DNA of 63,880 bases, the filler included, from Octopus bimaculoides (taxonomy: Eukaryota): NCBI RefSeq assembly GCF_001194135.2. It is 5 parts of 4 records of this genome, joined end to end, with 100 filler letters (N's around TTAATTAATTAA, not from the genome) between each part and the next. Parts side by side here need not be neighbours in the genome. Positions count along the whole stretch, not along the records: positions 49,112 to 61,264 come from NC_069005.1; positions 61,365 to 63,880 come from NC_068983.1; 3 more parts are not named here. The stretch is one strand, 5' to 3'. The stretch's first letter is position 1. Each line of letters begins with the position of its first letter. Positions 60,111 through 63,880 of this stretch are shown here, piece after piece. The notes under the pieces are model-generated. The model saw nothing but the letters and a program-made list of their open reading frames with translations, was not told where the DNA came from and ran no database searches. A program made the translations under genes and the position numbers.

Positions 60111-60637
60111 TTCAAATGTGTCTTAATTAAAATAGCAAACTAATTAAAATGCTGTCCCAGTACTACACTGATAAATACTTATCTATTTATCTAGTGAATA
60201 TATCAATTTTTAGCAAAATCTACTTATTTTCTGAATAAAAGTATATATAAATGTCTTAATTATTCGGAAAAAATATAAAAGTAGCTTGTTTATGTTATAA
60301 TGGCGCTTAAACTGTGTTCTCTAATGTCTTTTTTTTTTTAATTAATACATACTTATTTGCAAACATTTGGGATTTAATTTGTTTTTCTAGATAAATCGAG
60401 TTTATCATAAAAAATTATAACTCACTACGACTACTTAAGCTGATATTTCGCTGAAAACAAAAGAAAGATTATGTTATTGTTTACACTTTGGAACTAAGAA
60501 AAACAAAATTGTAGTAAAAAATAATAAGTCCTCGCTGAAAGTATCACTGGTTCATTTGTAGAATGTTCACCTGCCACACGGGCGTCCGGTATTCGATTCG
60601 CGGCCAACGCAATTAAATTCTTAATATTTAAACCACG

Positions 60638-60853
60638 GGAGGCGGAAAGCTGGCAGAATCGTTAGCACGCCGGGCGAAATGCTTTGTCGTATTTCATCTG
60701 TCTTTACGTTCTGAGTTCAAATTCCGCCGAGGTCGAGTTTGCCTTTCATCCTTTCGGGTTCGATAAATTAAGTACCAGTTGTGTACTGGAATCGATCTAA
60801 TCGACCGGCTCCCTCCCCAAAAATTTCGGGCCTTGTGCCGAGATTAGAAAGGA
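60638..60853 (+). mobile_element. SINE family C, young reference copy
   Basis: GGCGGAAAGCTGGCAGAATCGTTAGC...CTGAGTTCAAATTCC (A/B-box-like). At least eight homologous pieces occur in the window. Confidence 0.85.
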
Positions 60854-61034
60854 ATATTTAAAGAACAGGCTAGGGCGCACAATTACGAAATTGGCATTGC
60901 AACTACGTAGTTTCGGGTTCAGTCTCACTGCACAGCATCTTGGGCAAGTGTCCTCTATTCTAGCTCCGGGTCGACCAATGCTTTGTAGGTGAATTTGATA
61001 GACGAAAACTGTATTGAAAACCGTCATGTATATC

Positions 61035-61264
61035 ATCATCATCATCATCATCGTTTAACGTCCGCTTTCCATGCTAGCATGGGTTGGACGATTTGACTGA
61101 GGACTGGTGAAACCGGATGGCAACACCAGGCTCCAGTCTGATTTGGCAGAGTTTCTACAGCTGGATGCCCTTCCTAACGCCAACCACTCAGAGAGTGTAG
61201 TGGGTGCTTTTACGTGTCACCCGCACGAAAACGGCCACGCTCGAAATGGTGTCTTTTATGTGCC
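61035..61264 (-). mobile_element. SINE family D 3' end with (GAT)n tail
   Basis: Minus strand ends GGAAAGCGGACGTTAAACGATGATGATG. Shares the GTGCTTTTACGTGTCACC unit with 26520-26850. Confidence 0.7.
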
Positions 61265-61364
61265 NNNNNNNNNNNNNNNNNNNNNNNNNNNNNNNNNNNN
61301 NNNNNNNNTTAATTAATTAANNNNNNNNNNNNNNNNNNNNNNNNNNNNNNNNNNNNNNNNNNNN
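61265..61364. other. Artificial scaffold linker
   Basis: N44-TTAATTAATTAA-N44. Confidence 0.9.
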
Positions 61365-61739
61365 CAATATACTACACTTTATCGTGCAGTTACTGTTAAT
61401 ACTTCATTTAGAGAATTAACATTGCTTGTTTTCACCTTTTCAATATCAGTGAAGAATGTCACTGGAAAAGAAGATATAAGATTTTGCCAGGTTTTTCTCT
61501 CTCACCAAGGTCATCAGCTGTCGAACGCCGAAGAAGGGAAATAACCCTGAAATCCGGATACGTTCGTGCTGCTGGTCGTGGTGAGAGGGATAACTCCCTT
61601 GGCAAACAGGACACAGTCGTGTGTCGATAAGCCAGCTGGAGGAGATGTCCTCCTGGGGCTAAAAGCAACAGTAACATCCACCCGTAGGGGTCAGCCACAC
61701 TTAAGTGGCAATATACTACACTTTATATATATTTATATA

Positions 61740-63060
61740 TGTATATATATAAAACTGAGAATGTGTGTGTCTATAAACGCACAGAACTTCTGCATTTCGC
61801 AATAATTTCTCTCCAAACCGGGGACATATATTATATATGTTCCAATGAATGTTTTAGACTCTTAAAATTTTTCACCTAATGAGTATTGGGACTTTGGAGG
61901 CAGAAACCCTCTTCCTTTGAGTACGTATGACTGCAAGCATGGTCCACGCATTGCTTCTGTTCAAAAACAGCTTTTGAAATTATATAAGTAGGTTTTATTA
62001 ACTGGATGAACCGATGTAGTCTTCAAACTGCATTGTGTAAGTGGTAGCAATAATAATGTTTCCGTAATACTGTAGATGCATTTTGTTAGAGTAAAAACCG
62101 TTTGGAACGCACTATGTTTATAATGAAAACTATGCTAGAATATGTTAAATCCTGAGCAGTTATTCTATTATATATTTTTAGCTACAGTCGACGCCCATAC
62201 AAATATTCCCCAACTGTTGACTAGAAACCGAAATACGGCATGTACTTTAACCTACAAATTTATGGTGTCTAAGACCCAACCACGTTAGTCAGAGACAGTG
62301 TCCTTAATGAGAGCCTGCGTATCGAGACGCTGCATGCAGTGTTCTTTACATTTGGGAGTTGAATCGCCCTTAAAATGGTCGCATGCTGTTTACGCGGAGT
62401 GCAAGTTTGAGTATATGACTATTATTTCCCAGCCACGTCAGCAACCCAAACCACGTGACCCAACCGCGTTTGATAGATACCGTGTCGTTAATGTGATCTT
62501 GACTACCCAGACACCGCATGCGGAATTGTTTTTGTTTGGTATCTGAGTTGTCCTCACAATTGTCTCACGCTGTTTACGGGAAGGAGTGCACAGTTGAGAC
62601 ACGACTGTTGATCCCAAACAGAAATATTGCATGACTGTGTTGTTTTCAAGCGCTTTCTTGCCGATACCCCACTTGCCATATCATCTCTTTGATGTCGATT
62701 TCTCTCATATGGTACTGTTGAGCGCGCCTACAGGCTTAATTTATCTCATTGATATACTTCCTAGGTCTGCTGATTGTTCAGTGTGGTAGCAGCAACACCG
62801 ACAGACGCAAAGGAGAGTATATCCACTAACAGCTTTTTGGTGCGTTCAAAAATCACATACCCACCATCCACATTTCCATGACAAGGTCAGGGCCGGGAAT
62901 ACCAACCAGACGTATAACATGTCACCGAGTGGAATTAGCCCTTCATTTACTCTACAAATGTTCTGCCGTCAATGTTGCACATAAAATGTTACAACTTACC
63001 TTTTCGAATATTAAAACTATGCCATTTAAATGCCGAGCAACGCGGGGTATGTCTGCTAGT
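61740..63060 (+). mobile_element. Putative non-autonomous Helitron (~1.3 kb)
   Basis: The 3' end has a GC-rich sub-terminal segment GCCGAGCAACGCGGG followed by TATGTCTGCTAG|T. The 5' end resembles the (TC)TATATATATAAAA start of animal Helitrons but is not canonical. Confidence 0.5.
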
Positions 63061-63089
63061 TTATAATATTTCCCATATAATTACGGTCA

Positions 63090-63290
63090 TGAAATGGCTG
63101 AAGCATTAGCTCGCTGCACGAAACGCTTAGTGGCTTTTCGTCTCTCTTTATGTTCACAGTTCAAAATTCGTGGAGGTCGACTTTGCCTTTAATAATTTCA
63201 AGATCAATAAAATAAGTACCAGTTGAACACTGGAATCGATACAATCGAATTACCTCCTCCCATAAAATAGTTTGCCTTGTATAAAAATTA
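63090..63290 (+). mobile_element. SINE family C, diverged copy
   Basis: Homology to 60638-60853. Confidence 0.65.
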
Positions 63291-63880
63291 GTATATTCCG
63301 TTTAAATGGCTAAGTTGAGAATGCTAGAAATCGTGTTAAATATTTGCTAACACTGTGTGTCTTTCTTCCGTTAACAGTAATTTCGATTAATGCTTGTTAA
63401 TATCGCGGAGAATAAATATATTTGTTTTCAGTCAGCGTCTATGAATTTCAACGAATGTACATGCAGTTGCCATTGTACGATGGCTTCGTCAATTGTCAAT
63501 CATTGAACAAAACATTGGCGGCTAGAGTAATTTCTAAGATGTTCTGTGACTCATTACTTCAAATATTGAAGAATCAGGGATTACCACGATTAACTGGTGA
63601 AAATATAAACAGGTCATTAGCATATTAAAGAAACTGACATTTTCGAACCTATAGATTATTGGAGTTATGAGAAGGAATAAGAGGGAGAACTAATTAATAA
63701 CGGTCAACGAGCAGCATAGATTGATAGATATAGATATATTTTTATTAACAAATGGATAGATACCTATATACATATATAAAAATATGCACATGTATATATT
63801 TATGCATATATATATGTATATGTGTGTGTGAGTGTCTGTCTGTATATAAATTGATATATATATATATATATATATATATA

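Noticed and set aside
61490-61530. Complete hammerhead around the minus-strand CTGATGA
   Set aside because: No properly placed GAAA and no stem I partner could be found.
61-63628. Most long ORFs in the supplied track (poly-Y/I/V/L/H/G, or X-filled)
   Set aside because: They are translations of microsatellites, low-complexity tracts and N gaps, with no protein-family motifs.

Overview
Eukaryotic, AT-rich, microsatellite- and SINE-dense DNA. By inference from repeat style it is an octopod cephalopod genome. There are no prokaryotic features. Four identical artificial linkers (N44-TTAATTAATTAA-N44 at 12027, 42212, 49012 and 61265) suggest the window is five unrelated scaffolds joined end to end: 1-12026, 12127-42211, 42312-49011, 49112-61264 and 61365-63880. 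The only recognisable host gene is a minus-strand, intron-rich geranylgeranyl diphosphate synthase (GGPS1). Six well-supported exons lie between 28320 and 12127 with GT-AG sites and consistent phases, plus a probable first coding exon at 41352-41420. One internal exon is missing (probably in an N gap), and the 3' end is cut off at a scaffold end. The rest is decayed transposable elements: mariner, hAT, Merlin, piggyBac and Tc1 MITEs, Helitron, RTE, R4/Dong-like and HERO-like non-LTR elements, Penelope-like elements, and several SINE families. The most notable observations are (i) hammerhead-ribozyme-like motifs downstream of two Penelope GIY-YIG remnants and in a 152-bp tandem unit present at three loci, (ii) a ~560-bp retroposon with no recognisable Pol III head, embedded in (TAA)n arrays, and (iii) several long foldbacks in GGPS1 introns, including a near-perfect 167-bp-arm palindrome. 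All alignments were done by eye; repeat boundaries are approximate. Almost all long ORFs in the supplied track are microsatellite or N-gap artefacts.
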